Assembly: GCA_035288565.1 (NCBI GenBank) | Contig: DATDZZ010000052.1 | Location: forward strand, 1 to 57,616 | Direction of reading: 5' to 3' | DNA length: 57,616 bases | From: an archaeon | Lineage (GTDB): Archaea; Iainarchaeota; Iainarchaeia; Iainarchaeales; DATDZZ01 | Shown here: positions 26,089-34,868 of the stretch, one piece after another | Position numbering within the stretch: position 1 is the stretch's first letter | How the letters are laid out: each line of letters starts with the position of its first letter | Made by a program: the position numbers and the translations under genes | Notes under the pieces: generated by a model | The model's input: only the letters and a program-made list of their open reading frames with translations | What the model was told of the DNA's origin: nothing | Databases searched by the model: none

Positions 26089-27645
26089 TTAACTGTTTTC
26101 TAATTCTTTTTCAGGATCCCAGATCTTTTTAACTCCCTTTTTTTCTTTCCTCATTTTTTCAAAAACAGGCTCTGAGAGAAGCTCATGAATTGTTGATCTT
26201 TTTCTGAGCAATTTAGTTAAATACCTTTCAAATGTTTTGCTTAAATTCTTGTAAGCTGAAATTTCATTGTATAAAAGCCCTTCTTTTATTCTCCAGTAAG
26301 AAGAAGTTCCTTTTTTTCCGAAAACCAAGTAGCCTCTTGATCTATCATCATGGTAGTCCGCCATTGCTTCTTCCATTAACCTGTAATCAATAAGGAATAC
26401 TCCGCTTGTCTGAGGAGAGGGGTCCATTATAATTAATTCGTCTCCTTCAATCCCAACACATAAAACATAGTGTCCTGATTTAGAAGATTTTTCAGGAAAC
26501 AGAACCGGTTTCTTAAACCACATTATCAGCATTGCTCCTTCCGAAAGCCAGTTCTTTGCTTCTTCCTTTAAATTATAAATTTTTTCAAAATTAATTTTTG
26601 CTCCAATGACATTTCCTTCTGTGAACTGCTTAACTGCTTCAATTAATTTATTCGGCTTTACTCCTCCCGGCTGTTTTGTTTCGCTTAAATTTCCAAGAAT
26701 TTCTTGAGTTGCTTTGTCAAATCCATAAAAGTTCAGCATCATTGCCGCGCTTGCGGGGCCGCAGTAGCTTCTGAGCTGAGTGACATAGTTTGCCCTGATA
26801 TTTTCAAGCCTTGATAAATCAGTGTTTGCTCTCTGGAAATAAATGTGTTTTGACAGCACTTCCTTGTTCGGAATTAAAATATTTGAGCCTGAGTCAAGCT
26901 TTATTAAAACGCCGTGGCTTGTAATTGAAAGAATTTCTCCTGAAAAATTCCCGATTCTGGTTCTCTGCCCCGCTTTAAACAAATTTTTTTCAATGTAAAT
27001 CCCTAAAAGAAAGTTTGCCATAGGGTCTTTGAAAACATAATAAGTCATTCCGCCCGCAATCAAAACGAACACAACAATTACTGAGGTAATAACTAATTCC
27101 ACGCTTGGAATATTTAAGCCGACAAAATTCAATGAAGAAATCAAAACAATCAGGAACAAGAAAATCTTCAATACAATTGATGAATTTGAGATAAACCTAT
27201 TGGTTAATCCGATGTTGCTTAAATAATTTCCGAATCCAAGCCTAAAAAATAAACCAATAATTAAATCCACAAACAAATTAATGAAAATCAGTCCAAGAAA
27301 CAATATTAAGATTAAACTCAATAAAGGGGGGATTAAGCTTAGGAGGTTTTCTAAAATAATTGTTGCCTGATTTACTCCAACATACCCTAAAGCAAGAACC
27401 GTAAAAGTAACCAGAAAAAACAATTCTAAAAGATTAGTGAAGGCGGTGACTGCGCTTCTGTTGACAAAATTAAATCTGTTATTTATTGCAATAAAAGCAA
27501 GCTTTAAAATTCTTCCAATAAGTATTCCTAAAACTATTGCCAAAACGGCCAAACCTATATTGGTTAAAACTGTTCCTGAAGCAATTGAATCAACCATAAT
27601 AAACAACTTTAATTGAATTACTTTAATTGAATTAATTGAAATCAT
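26089..27645 (-). CDS. fusion protein: MscS-like mechanosensitive channel core + C-terminal papain-like (peptidase C39-like) domain
   Basis: Five or more N-terminal TMs. MscS TM3/beta-domain pattern FKDPMANFLLGIYI...AGQRTRIGNFSGEILSITSHGVLIKLDSGSNILIPNKEVL. Then SYCGPASAAMMLNFYG (Cys), SGHYVLCVG (His) and IIMDPS (Asp). Confidence 0.75.
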   Translation of the reverse strand: MISINSIKVIQLKLFIMVDSIASGTVLTNIGLAVLAIVLGILIGRILKLAFIAINNRFNFVNRSAVTAFTNLLELFFLVTFTVLALGYVGVNQATIILENLLSLIPPLLSLILILFLGLIFINLFVDLIIGLFFRLGFGNYLSNIGLTNRFISNSSIVLKIFLFLIVLISSLNFVGLNIPSVELVITSVIVVFVLIAGGMTYYVFKDPMANFLLGIYIEKNLFKAGQRTRIGNFSGEILSITSHGVLIKLDSGSNILIPNKEVLSKHIYFQRANTDLSRLENIRANYVTQLRSYCGPASAAMMLNFYGFDKATQEILGNLSETKQPGGVKPNKLIEAVKQFTEGNVIGAKINFEKIYNLKEEAKNWLSEGAMLIMWFKKPVLFPEKSSKSGHYVLCVGIEGDELIIMDPSPQTSGVFLIDYRLMEEAMADYHDDRSRGYLVFGKKGTSSYWRIKEGLLYNEISAYKNLSKTFERYLTKLLRKRSTIHELLSEPVFEKMRKEKKGVKKIWDPEKELENS

Positions 27646-27714
27646 TTAAGTTAGTAATAAATATATTTAAAGAAAGCCCTTTTTAAAATCATTTAAAAAA
27701 ATTAAGTGAATTGA

Positions 27715-28530
27715 ATGAAGATATTAATTGTTTCAAATGAAAAGCAGTGGGAAGTTAAGCAGATTAAGAAAGAAGCAGTCAAGAGAAATCACAAAGCCGT
27801 AATGGTTTCACCAAAAAACCTTTCCAGCAAATTTTTGAATAAAAAAGTTGACGCAGTAATTGTCAGGGCAATAAGAGGAAACGGGGAATTAGTAAGAAAA
27901 AAGCTTCAAAAATTGCATTCAAGTTCAGTGAAATTGTTGGATGAATCATTATTGAAAGAAAAACCCAGAAACAAGTACTCAAATTTTTTATTATTTAAAA
28001 AAAATAAATTGTTTCAGCCGAAAACTTTTTTGTTTTCAAAGAAAAGAATTAATTTTTTTGAAAAGCAGTTCAACGAATTTGCTGTAATTAAAAATGTTTC
28101 AGGGAAGAGGGGTGAAGAAGTCTTCAAAGTCAATGTAAATGATTTGAGAAAATTTTCAAAAACACTTTCAAAAAGAAAAAAATATTTGATCCAGGAATTC
28201 GTTCCAATAAAAAAAGAGCTGAGGGTTTTAGTTTTAGGCAAAAAAGTTCTCGGAGTCTATGAAAAAAAATCATTTAACTGGAAAAAAAATATTGCGTTGG
28301 GGGCAGAAGCAAAAAAATTTACTTTAACCAATGAATTAAAGAAATTGTCATTAAGAGCTGCTTTAATTGTTCGAAGAGATTTTCTTGGGCTTGATTTGGC
28401 TTTAACCACTTCAGGGTACTTTATTTTAGAGGCAAACAGAAGCCCTCAATTTAAGGGATTTCAAAAACTTTATCCAAAAATCAATGTTGCGAAGGAATTG
28501 ATTCTTTTTTTGGAAAAACTCAAGGTTTAA
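27715..28530 (+). CDS. RimK/LysX-family ATP-grasp ligase (paralogue A4, closest to A1)
   Basis: MKILIVSNEKQWEVKQIKKEAVKR versus A1 MNILIVSNEQQWEINQLEKEALKR. VIKNVSGKRGEEV, LIQEFV, NWKKNIALGAEA, ILEANRSPQFKGF. Divergently transcribed from the A3-A1 operon. Confidence 0.8.
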   Translation: MKILIVSNEKQWEVKQIKKEAVKRNHKAVMVSPKNLSSKFLNKKVDAVIVRAIRGNGELVRKKLQKLHSSSVKLLDESLLKEKPRNKYSNFLLFKKNKLFQPKTFLFSKKRINFFEKQFNEFAVIKNVSGKRGEEVFKVNVNDLRKFSKTLSKRKKYLIQEFVPIKKELRVLVLGKKVLGVYEKKSFNWKKNIALGAEAKKFTLTNELKKLSLRAALIVRRDFLGLDLALTTSGYFILEANRSPQFKGFQKLYPKINVAKELILFLEKLKV

Positions 28531-28549
28531 ATATATTTTAATTGTTTTT

Positions 28550-29275
28550 TTGTTTATGAAATTTGACAAGCTTCTTGTTACAATTCCTCATTGGAGCAAA
28601 AAAATTCCAAAAGGATATGAAAAAAGGATTCTGGAAAGAAGTGCGATATGGAAGCACATAGACCCCGGTACAGACCAGTTGTTCAATTTGGATAAAGCAA
28701 AGATAATCAAAGCCAAGTATACAAGATTCGTTGTTGATTTGAACAGGAGAAGAAACGATTTCTCTAATAAAGGAGTTTTAATTAAAGTTGCCTGGGACGG
28801 AGAAAAAGTATGGAAAAATTATCCTGATAAACAGGAAATCGAATTATTGCTTCAAACTCATTATGATCCTTTTTTTGAAAGCTTAAAGAAATGGATTGCA
28901 AAACAGAATGGAACAGTTCTTCATGTTGACGGCCATTCAATGAATCCTTTTGGGGGAAGTCATTCAATTGATGTAAGAAAAGAAAGACCGGACATCTGCT
29001 TAATGGACAACCACCAAAGCACGTGCTTGGGAGAATTTTCAAGGGAGCTGAAAGAAGATTTTGAAAAGCTCGGCTACTGGACTGAGATAGGGCTTCCTTA
29101 CAGTGGAAGAAAGTCAGCTATAATAAACAAGCTTTCAGACAAAGAAAAAATTCATTCAATTGGAATTGAAGTAAACAAAAGGCTTTACATGGGGGGAATA
29201 GAAATTCTTTACCCAAAAAAGATTAAGGTAGTCAGAAATCAAATAAATAAAGTTATACTGAAGCACGTCAAATAA
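28550..29275 (+). CDS. N-formylglutamate amidohydrolase (FGase) family hydrolase
   Basis: IPHWS..IP, DPGTD, TRFVVDLNR, LHVDGHSM follow the FGase-family motif order. An ATG at 28556 is the likelier start. Confidence 0.75.
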   Translation: MFMKFDKLLVTIPHWSKKIPKGYEKRILERSAIWKHIDPGTDQLFNLDKAKIIKAKYTRFVVDLNRRRNDFSNKGVLIKVAWDGEKVWKNYPDKQEIELLLQTHYDPFFESLKKWIAKQNGTVLHVDGHSMNPFGGSHSIDVRKERPDICLMDNHQSTCLGEFSRELKEDFEKLGYWTEIGLPYSGRKSAIINKLSDKEKIHSIGIEVNKRLYMGGIEILYPKKIKVVRNQINKVILKHVK

Positions 29276-29339
29276 TTTTTTCTGAGTGCTTGAACATAAC
29301 TAAAGCAACTTTTATTAACCTTTGGATTCCTAAGGTATT

Positions 29340-30812
29340 ATGGGAATAAAACTAGATTTAAGTGATTTAATCAAGAAAGGAAACGGCTTAACTTTTGATG
29401 ATGTTTCCTTAATTCCGAATTACTCTGAAATTCTTCCGAATGAAGTAAAAGTCAGAACTAGTTTAACTAAAAATCTTCCATTAAATATTCCTTTGATTTC
29501 CTCTGCAATGGACACTGTCACTGAAGCAAATTTAGCTATTTCAATTGCGCATTTAGGCGGAGTAGGAATTATTCACAAGAACATGTCAATTGAATCCCAG
29601 GTAGCTGAAGTTGAAAAAGTAAAAAAATCTGAATTCTTAGTAATCAGGAATCCTGTAACTGTCAGGCCAGAAGATACTTTGGATGAAATTTTTTCAATCC
29701 AGAAATCTAAAAGCATTTCAAGTTTTCCCGTAGTTGAAAACGGAAAATTGGTTGGAATAATTACTAACAGGGATTTATTGTTTCAGGAAAACCCGAAAAC
29801 TAAAGTAAAGGAAATAATGACTTCAGATTTAGTTGTAGCGGAAGAAAATGTTTCAATAAATGATGCAAAAAAAATGCTTAGAACACACAAGCTTGAAAAG
29901 CTTCCATTGTTGAATAAGAAAAATGAATTGGTTGGATTAATTACAATGAAGGACATCAGAAGCAAAATTGATTTCCCTGAATCAAATAAAGATTCAAAAG
30001 GAAGGCTCATAGTTGGAGCTGCTGTCGGACCGAAAGATTTTAACAGGGTTCAAGCACTCGCTGAAGCTGAAACTGATGTAATAGTTTTAGATACTGCGCA
30101 TGGTCATTCAAAGAATGTAATTGAGGCAGTGAAAAAAATAAAAAAAGATTTTAATATTCAAGTCATTGCAGGAAACATTGCCACAAAAGAAGGAGCAGAA
30201 GCTTTAATTAAAGCCGGAGCTGATGCAGTCAAATGCGGTGTTGGTCCTGGAAGCATCTGCACTACAAGAGTAATTTCCGGAGTCGGGGTTCCACAGATCA
30301 CTGCTATTTTTGATGCGGCCCAGGCATGCAAAAAAGCCGGCATTCCATTAATTAGTGATGGCGGAATAAGGCATAGCGGAGATATTGTGAAGGCAATTGC
30401 GGCTGGAGCCGATTCAGTGATGATCGGAAGCCTTTTTGCAGGAACAGATGAGTCTCCTGGAAGAACAATTTTTTTGAACAACAGAAGATACAAGCAGTAC
30501 AGGGGAATGGGAAGCTTGGGGGCAATGACTAAAGGATCAAAAGATAGATACGGTCAGGAAAATGTTTCAGACCAGGCCAAATTTGTTCCCGAAGGAATTG
30601 AAGGAGTGGTTCCATATAAAGGAAAATTAGAGGAAGTTGTTTACCAGTTAATCGGAGGATTGAAATCTGGAATGGGTTACTGCGGAGCAAAAAATATTCA
30701 TGAATTAAAGAAAGCTTCAATGGTTAAAATTTCTTTGGCAGGATTAAAGGAAAGCCATCCTCATGACGTGCAGATTACAGAAGAAAGCCCTAATTACAGC
30801 ATTTTAAGGTAA
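29340..30812 (+). CDS. guaB: inosine-5'-monophosphate dehydrogenase with a CBS pair
   Basis: [26 protein letters not shown] (catalytic Cys loop), GGIR.SGD, YRGMGS. Confidence 0.95.
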   Translation: MGIKLDLSDLIKKGNGLTFDDVSLIPNYSEILPNEVKVRTSLTKNLPLNIPLISSAMDTVTEANLAISIAHLGGVGIIHKNMSIESQVAEVEKVKKSEFLVIRNPVTVRPEDTLDEIFSIQKSKSISSFPVVENGKLVGIITNRDLLFQENPKTKVKEIMTSDLVVAEENVSINDAKKMLRTHKLEKLPLLNKKNELVGLITMKDIRSKIDFPESNKDSKGRLIVGAAVGPKDFNRVQALAEAETDVIVLDTAHGHSKNVIEAVKKIKKDFNIQVIAGNIATKEGAEALIKAGADAVKCGVGPGSICTTRVISGVGVPQITAIFDAAQACKKAGIPLISDGGIRHSGDIVKAIAAGADSVMIGSLFAGTDESPGRTIFLNNRRYKQYRGMGSLGAMTKGSKDRYGQENVSDQAKFVPEGIEGVVPYKGKLEEVVYQLIGGLKSGMGYCGAKNIHELKKASMVKISLAGLKESHPHDVQITEESPNYSILR

Positions 30813-30883
30813 TAAGCGAACCAAAAAGTTTTTAATAATAAAAAAAATAGTAAATAATAAGGCATTTACTGGGAGGAAAAAGC

Positions 30884-31138
30884 ATGGGACTTTATATTTT
30901 AAGGCATGACAGGCCTAACTGCATTGGATGCTCAGCCTGCGCCAATGTTGCACCAAAATTCTGGGAAATGAATGATGACGGAAAATCAGACATTATTGGC
31001 GGAAAAGATGTTGCAGAAGGATGGCAGGAATTGGAAATAAAAGATGAAGATTTTGCATTAAACAAAGAAGCAGCTGACTCCTGTCCTGTAAATGTAATTC
31101 ACATTGATAAGAAAGATTCAAAAGAAAGAATTATTTAA
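30884..31138 (+). CDS. small ferredoxin
   Basis: CIGCSACANVAP ... DSCPV cluster ligands. 84 aa. Confidence 0.8.
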   Translation: MGLYILRHDRPNCIGCSACANVAPKFWEMNDDGKSDIIGGKDVAEGWQELEIKDEDFALNKEAADSCPVNVIHIDKKDSKERII

Positions 31139-31159
31139 TAAGTCAAAGACATATTCTTT

Positions 31160-31912
31160 ATGCAAAAACCTTTCTTTGCTTTTTTTCTTTTAGCGGCATT
31201 GGTTTTGTTTTTTGGCTGCATTCAGCAAAGCGAAAAAGGTGAATTAACTGAATTGGAGGGGCCTGCAATGGAAAAAGTTTCTTTTCAAACAAATGATGGA
31301 GTGACTATTGCAGCAAATTTTTTTTCCCCAAAAAAATCTAATGGAAAAGCAGTAATTTTGCTTCACATGATGCCTGCAGTAAAGGAAAGCTGGAATGCTT
31401 TTGCAAAAAAATTAACTGAAAAAGGCTTTACAGTCATTGCTCCTGACTTAAGAGGCCACGGAGAATCAAATAAAAAAGGCAATGAAGTTCTTGATTTTCA
31501 AAAATTTTCTGATAAAGAGCACAAAGAGTCGATTCAGGATGTTTATGCTTCAATGAGTTTCCTTGAAGAAAAAGGCTTTCAAAAAGAAAACACTTTCATT
31601 ATCGGGGCAAGCATTGGAGCGAACCTTGCACTGCAGTTTGCCGCAGAAAACCCTGAAATAAAAAGAACTGCATTGCTCTCGCCTGGATTGGATTACAGAG
31701 GAGTGAATGCAGAAAAATTTATTGAGAAATTTAAAGGAAGTTTATTTATCGCTTCAAGCAAAGAAGATGCTTACAGTTATTCAAGCTCTGAAACTCTTGC
31801 AAAAAAATCAGCTAATGCAGTGAACAAGCAGTACAATAATGCTGGACACGGAACAACAATGTTTAATTCAACAGATTTAATGAACGAATTACTTGAGTGG
31901 ATAGCAAAATGA
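31160..31912 (+). CDS. alpha/beta hydrolase, probable lipoprotein
   Basis: Signal peptide ending LFFGC (lipobox-like). GASIGAN nucleophile elbow (G-x-S-x-G) and a late GHG. Confidence 0.7.
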   Translation: MQKPFFAFFLLAALVLFFGCIQQSEKGELTELEGPAMEKVSFQTNDGVTIAANFFSPKKSNGKAVILLHMMPAVKESWNAFAKKLTEKGFTVIAPDLRGHGESNKKGNEVLDFQKFSDKEHKESIQDVYASMSFLEEKGFQKENTFIIGASIGANLALQFAAENPEIKRTALLSPGLDYRGVNAEKFIEKFKGSLFIASSKEDAYSYSSSETLAKKSANAVNKQYNNAGHGTTMFNSTDLMNELLEWIAK

Positions 31913-32076
31913 CTAACTTTCTTTCATTTGGATTCATTTCAGGAACAGTGGCAATTGTTTCTTTTGTAATTGCTTCCTTAATAATTTCAGGCGAAGCGTT
32001 TCTCTACAACGCAATTCTCACAGGATTAATTGCAGGAATTTTATTTGCCCTGTTAAAGAAAAAAGAAATCTTCTAA
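31909..32076 (+). CDS. possible small 2-TM membrane protein (55 aa, below the ORF-track cutoff)
   Basis: Its ATG overlaps the upstream stop (ATGA). Translation: MTNFLSFGFISGTVAIVSFVIASLIISGEAFLYNAILTGLIAGILFALLKKKEIF. Confidence 0.3.
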   Translation: MTNFLSFGFISGTVAIVSFVIASLIISGEAFLYNAILTGLIAGILFALLKKKEIF

Positions 32077-32088
32077 TAATTTTTAATT

Positions 32089-32445
32089 TCAGTTTTTGTT
32101 TTCAAATTCTTTTTCAAAAACTTCATCTGCTTTGGCTGCAAAAATAAAATCAGAATCAAACAAGCCGTTAATTTTATGAGTAAACAATTTCACTTTAACC
32201 AATCCCCAGCTCAAGAATAAGTCAGGGTGGTGCCCTTCTCTTTCAGCAACTTCACCCAATAAATTTACAAATTTTAATGCAATTGCAAAATTCTTGAACT
32301 TAAATTCCTTCTCTAAATGATGGTTTTCAATTGCCTTCCAGTTTCCTGCAAGCTTCTGCATCCATTCAATAATTTGCTTTTCATTAAACGGGGGAGTTCC
32401 TCCCTTGCAGGCAATGCAGACTTTTTTAGCTAACTCAGAAGCCAT
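32089..32445 (-). CDS. pterin-4-alpha-carbinolamine dehydratase (PCD/DCoH)
   Basis: EREGHHPDL motif and N-terminal C.AC...PP, typical of the family. Confidence 0.85.
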   Translation of the reverse strand: MASELAKKVCIACKGGTPPFNEKQIIEWMQKLAGNWKAIENHHLEKEFKFKNFAIALKFVNLLGEVAEREGHHPDLFLSWGLVKVKLFTHKINGLFDSDFIFAAKADEVFEKEFENKN

Positions 32446-32509
32446 TGAATCACTTAGAATAAAAAGAATTTCAATTATTTAATGATTTGCTTAATGTTTT
32501 GATTTTTTT

Positions 32510-33169
32510 TTATTTCAGAACCTTTCCGGTTTCCAAAAACCATAGATAAAGATCAAGAGAAGCTAAATTCAGTCCGGCTTTCTTTCCTAATTTTCCTAAA
32601 ACTTTTTCTATCTCCAAATATTTTTTCTTTGTAATTGTTTTAGGCCTTTCAATTAATTTATGCTTTTCAAGCAAATCAATTATATGAAAATCAATTATTG
32701 CCACATTCTTTCTTCCAATGTTTCTTAAAAAATGGCTTGCTTCCTTCATTCCAAGTCCTTTAATGTTTTCTGCAAGCCAGTTTCTTGCACTTAAATCCTC
32801 TTCAAAAGAATCAACAATTTTTTTAATTGAATTTTTATGCTTTTGTGCTTCAAATAAAAAGTCAGCTCTTGTATTAGGAAACCTGTGCCCTGATTTCTTT
32901 AATTCTATTGCAAGATTTTTTTCACTTAAAACTCCAAACTTCTTTTTAAGTTTATTTTGAATTATTATGGCTCTTTCTGCATTGAAATTTGAAGTCATTA
33001 AGCAAAAGCAAAGCTCATAGTAAACCAAACTGTTTTTGTTTCCCCATAATTCGAATTCATTGATTCTTCCTTTAATTAATTTCTTTGTTTCTTCATCAAC
33101 TAAATTTATTTCTTTAATTAGTTTCTGCATAAAAAGAAAAAGAAGAATAAATTTAAAAGAATAAATCAA
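32510..33169 (-). CDS. ogg: 8-oxoguanine DNA glycosylase / AP lyase (archaeal Ogg, HhH-GPD)
   Basis: GLGMKEASHFLRNIG...IDFHI helix-hairpin-helix with catalytic Lys and Asp. The likely start is the MQKLIKE Met at 33130. Confidence 0.8.
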   Translation of the reverse strand: MIYSFKFILLFLFMQKLIKEINLVDEETKKLIKGRINEFELWGNKNSLVYYELCFCLMTSNFNAERAIIIQNKLKKKFGVLSEKNLAIELKKSGHRFPNTRADFLFEAQKHKNSIKKIVDSFEEDLSARNWLAENIKGLGMKEASHFLRNIGRKNVAIIDFHIIDLLEKHKLIERPKTITKKKYLEIEKVLGKLGKKAGLNLASLDLYLWFLETGKVLK

Positions 33170-34081
33170 TTAAGTCTGGTCAACATAATCCTGAAGGCCT
33201 TTAAATTTTTTTATAATGTCAATTGCTGCATTGCATGCCTCTCCCATTGACTTTGCCACCTGCTGGTTGCCTCCAGTGCATCCTCCGGCAGCCCAGATTC
33301 CTTCAGCATTTGTTTTAGAATTTCTGTCTATTACTAGAAAACCATTTTTCTGCATTAAGCCAATTTTGTTTGCAAATGTAATGCTTGAAGCACTTCCTAA
33401 AGCCAAAAAAATTCCATCCAATTCTTCTTTTTTTCCGTCAATGAATTCAATTGATTTCAGAAATTTTTCCCCTAAGGCTTTCTTCACTTTTGTTTTCTCT
33501 ACCTGAATTTTTTCTTCTTTAATTCTTTTCATTAATTGCTGGCTTGCCTCAAACTCTTTTCCTTGAGTAACAATTCTGACTTTTTTTGTGTAAGTTAAAA
33601 GCTCTAATGCTTCCTGTGCTGCATGGCTTCCATTTCCTAAAACAATTACTTTTTTTTCTTTAAACAAAGGACCGTCGCAGGCAACACATGTCTGAATTCC
33701 CCTGCCAAAAAAATCTTTTTCATTCTGAATTCCTGCATTCACCATTGCCCGTCCTGTTGCAATAATTACTCCTTTAGATGAAACCTTTTTTCCATCAGAT
33801 AAAGTAGTTTCAAACACTTCCTTTTTCTGCAAATCAATTACTTCTTCTTTAAGGAATTTAACTCCATAGCTTTCACTCAGCTTTAATGTGCTTTCAAGCA
33901 ATTTTTTTCCTGAAGAAATTTCAGGAAAGCCGAAAACATTTCCTACTTTTTCTCCGTAAAATAAGCCACTGCCTTCAATTCTTCCAATAACCAAGCAAGA
34001 AATTTTCGCCCTGCCTAAAAAAAGGGATGCCTGCAGTCCTGCAGGGCCAGCTCCAATAATAACAATGTCGCAATCAGTCAT
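33170..34081 (-). CDS. trxB: thioredoxin-disulfide reductase-like flavoprotein
   Basis: GAGPAG FAD motif, redox CVAC-DG, second GNGSHAAQEA dinucleotide motif. Confidence 0.85.
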   Translation of the reverse strand: MTDCDIVIIGAGPAGLQASLFLGRAKISCLVIGRIEGSGLFYGEKVGNVFGFPEISSGKKLLESTLKLSESYGVKFLKEEVIDLQKKEVFETTLSDGKKVSSKGVIIATGRAMVNAGIQNEKDFFGRGIQTCVACDGPLFKEKKVIVLGNGSHAAQEALELLTYTKKVRIVTQGKEFEASQQLMKRIKEEKIQVEKTKVKKALGEKFLKSIEFIDGKKEELDGIFLALGSASSITFANKIGLMQKNGFLVIDRNSKTNAEGIWAAGGCTGGNQQVAKSMGEACNAAIDIIKKFKGLQDYVDQT

Positions 34082-34237
34082 CGAATCAGAAAAAGAATGG
34101 TTTAAGTGGTTAATAAGATTAACACAGGTAATTAATTATTTAAGTGTAATTTGCATTGTTTTGAAAATTTTGAAAAAAGTTTTTTTAAAAAATTTATTCA
34201 TTTTTTAAAGGAAAATAAAATTTCCATATATCAAAAT

Positions 34238-34639
34238 TTAAAGCTGTTTTGCTTTGATGATTTTTCTGCAATTTTTGCTTCCGCATTTGCATTTCATAAA
34301 TTCATCAATGTTCATTGTTTCTGAATAATTAGCAGTAATTTCTTCTCCTTTCCTGATATCCCGCTTTGCAATGTCGCAAAAATTTTCAGCATACGTATTT
34401 GCATTACAGGAGTGATTAACATATTTTGCAGGTGCCTGCATTAAGATATTTTTTTCCCTGAAATAAACAAGGAATCTTTTTTCTGATTCTGGGAGTTTTT
34501 TTGCTTCTTCTGGTGCCAACTGATGAGAAATATTCCATTTAATAATAATTTCTCCTTTCTTAAAATCTCGGTCTGCAAATACGCCTTTTCCTTCAATTTT
34601 TGATTTTTTTACTGCAAGATCATTGGTCATACTTAACAC
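34238..34639 (-). CDS. SET-domain protein lysine methyltransferase
   Basis: GKGVFA, NHSCNAN, GEEITANY, post-SET CKCGSKNC. Confidence 0.85.
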   Translation of the reverse strand: MLSMTNDLAVKKSKIEGKGVFADRDFKKGEIIIKWNISHQLAPEEAKKLPESEKRFLVYFREKNILMQAPAKYVNHSCNANTYAENFCDIAKRDIRKGEEITANYSETMNIDEFMKCKCGSKNCRKIIKAKQL

Positions 34640-34680
34640 CCAAATTTAATAAAAGTTAATAAAAGGGCATTATTTTGAAA

Positions 34681-34751
34681 TGCGGCTACCGGGATTCGAA
34701 CCCGGGCTAAAAGCTTGGGAAGCTCTTATGCTGCCACTACACCATAGCCGC
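34681..34751 (-). tRNA. tRNA-Gly (anticodon CCC)
   Basis: Hand-folded cloverleaf: acceptor GCGGCTA/TAGCCGC, anticodon stem AGAGC/GCTTT, loop TTCCCAA, T arm CCGGG-TTCGAAT-CCCGG, discriminator A. No encoded CCA and no intron. Confidence 0.9.
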
Positions 34752-34784
34752 GATCAAAACTGAACACTTGGCAGTAGCCGATAA

Positions 34785-34868
34785 TGCAGGAGGCAGGATT
34801 CGAACCTGCGAAGGCACTAAGCCAACAGATCTTGAGTCTGTCCCCTTTGGCCGCTTGGGTACTCCTGC
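34785..34868 (-). tRNA. tRNA-Leu (anticodon CAA)
   Basis: Acceptor GCAGGAG/CTCCTGC, anticodon stem ACAGA/TCTGT, loop CTCAAGA, long variable arm, T arm GCAGG-TTCGAAT-CCTGC. Confidence 0.9.

Noticed and set aside
20993-29275. Classical LysW/LysX alpha-aminoadipate lysine (or ArgW arginine) biosynthesis cluster
   Set aside because: No LysZ kinase, LysY reductase, LysJ aminotransferase or LysK (M20) hydrolase genes are present in the window. The candidate carrier's tail does not end in the canonical EDWGE. The resemblance is architectural only.
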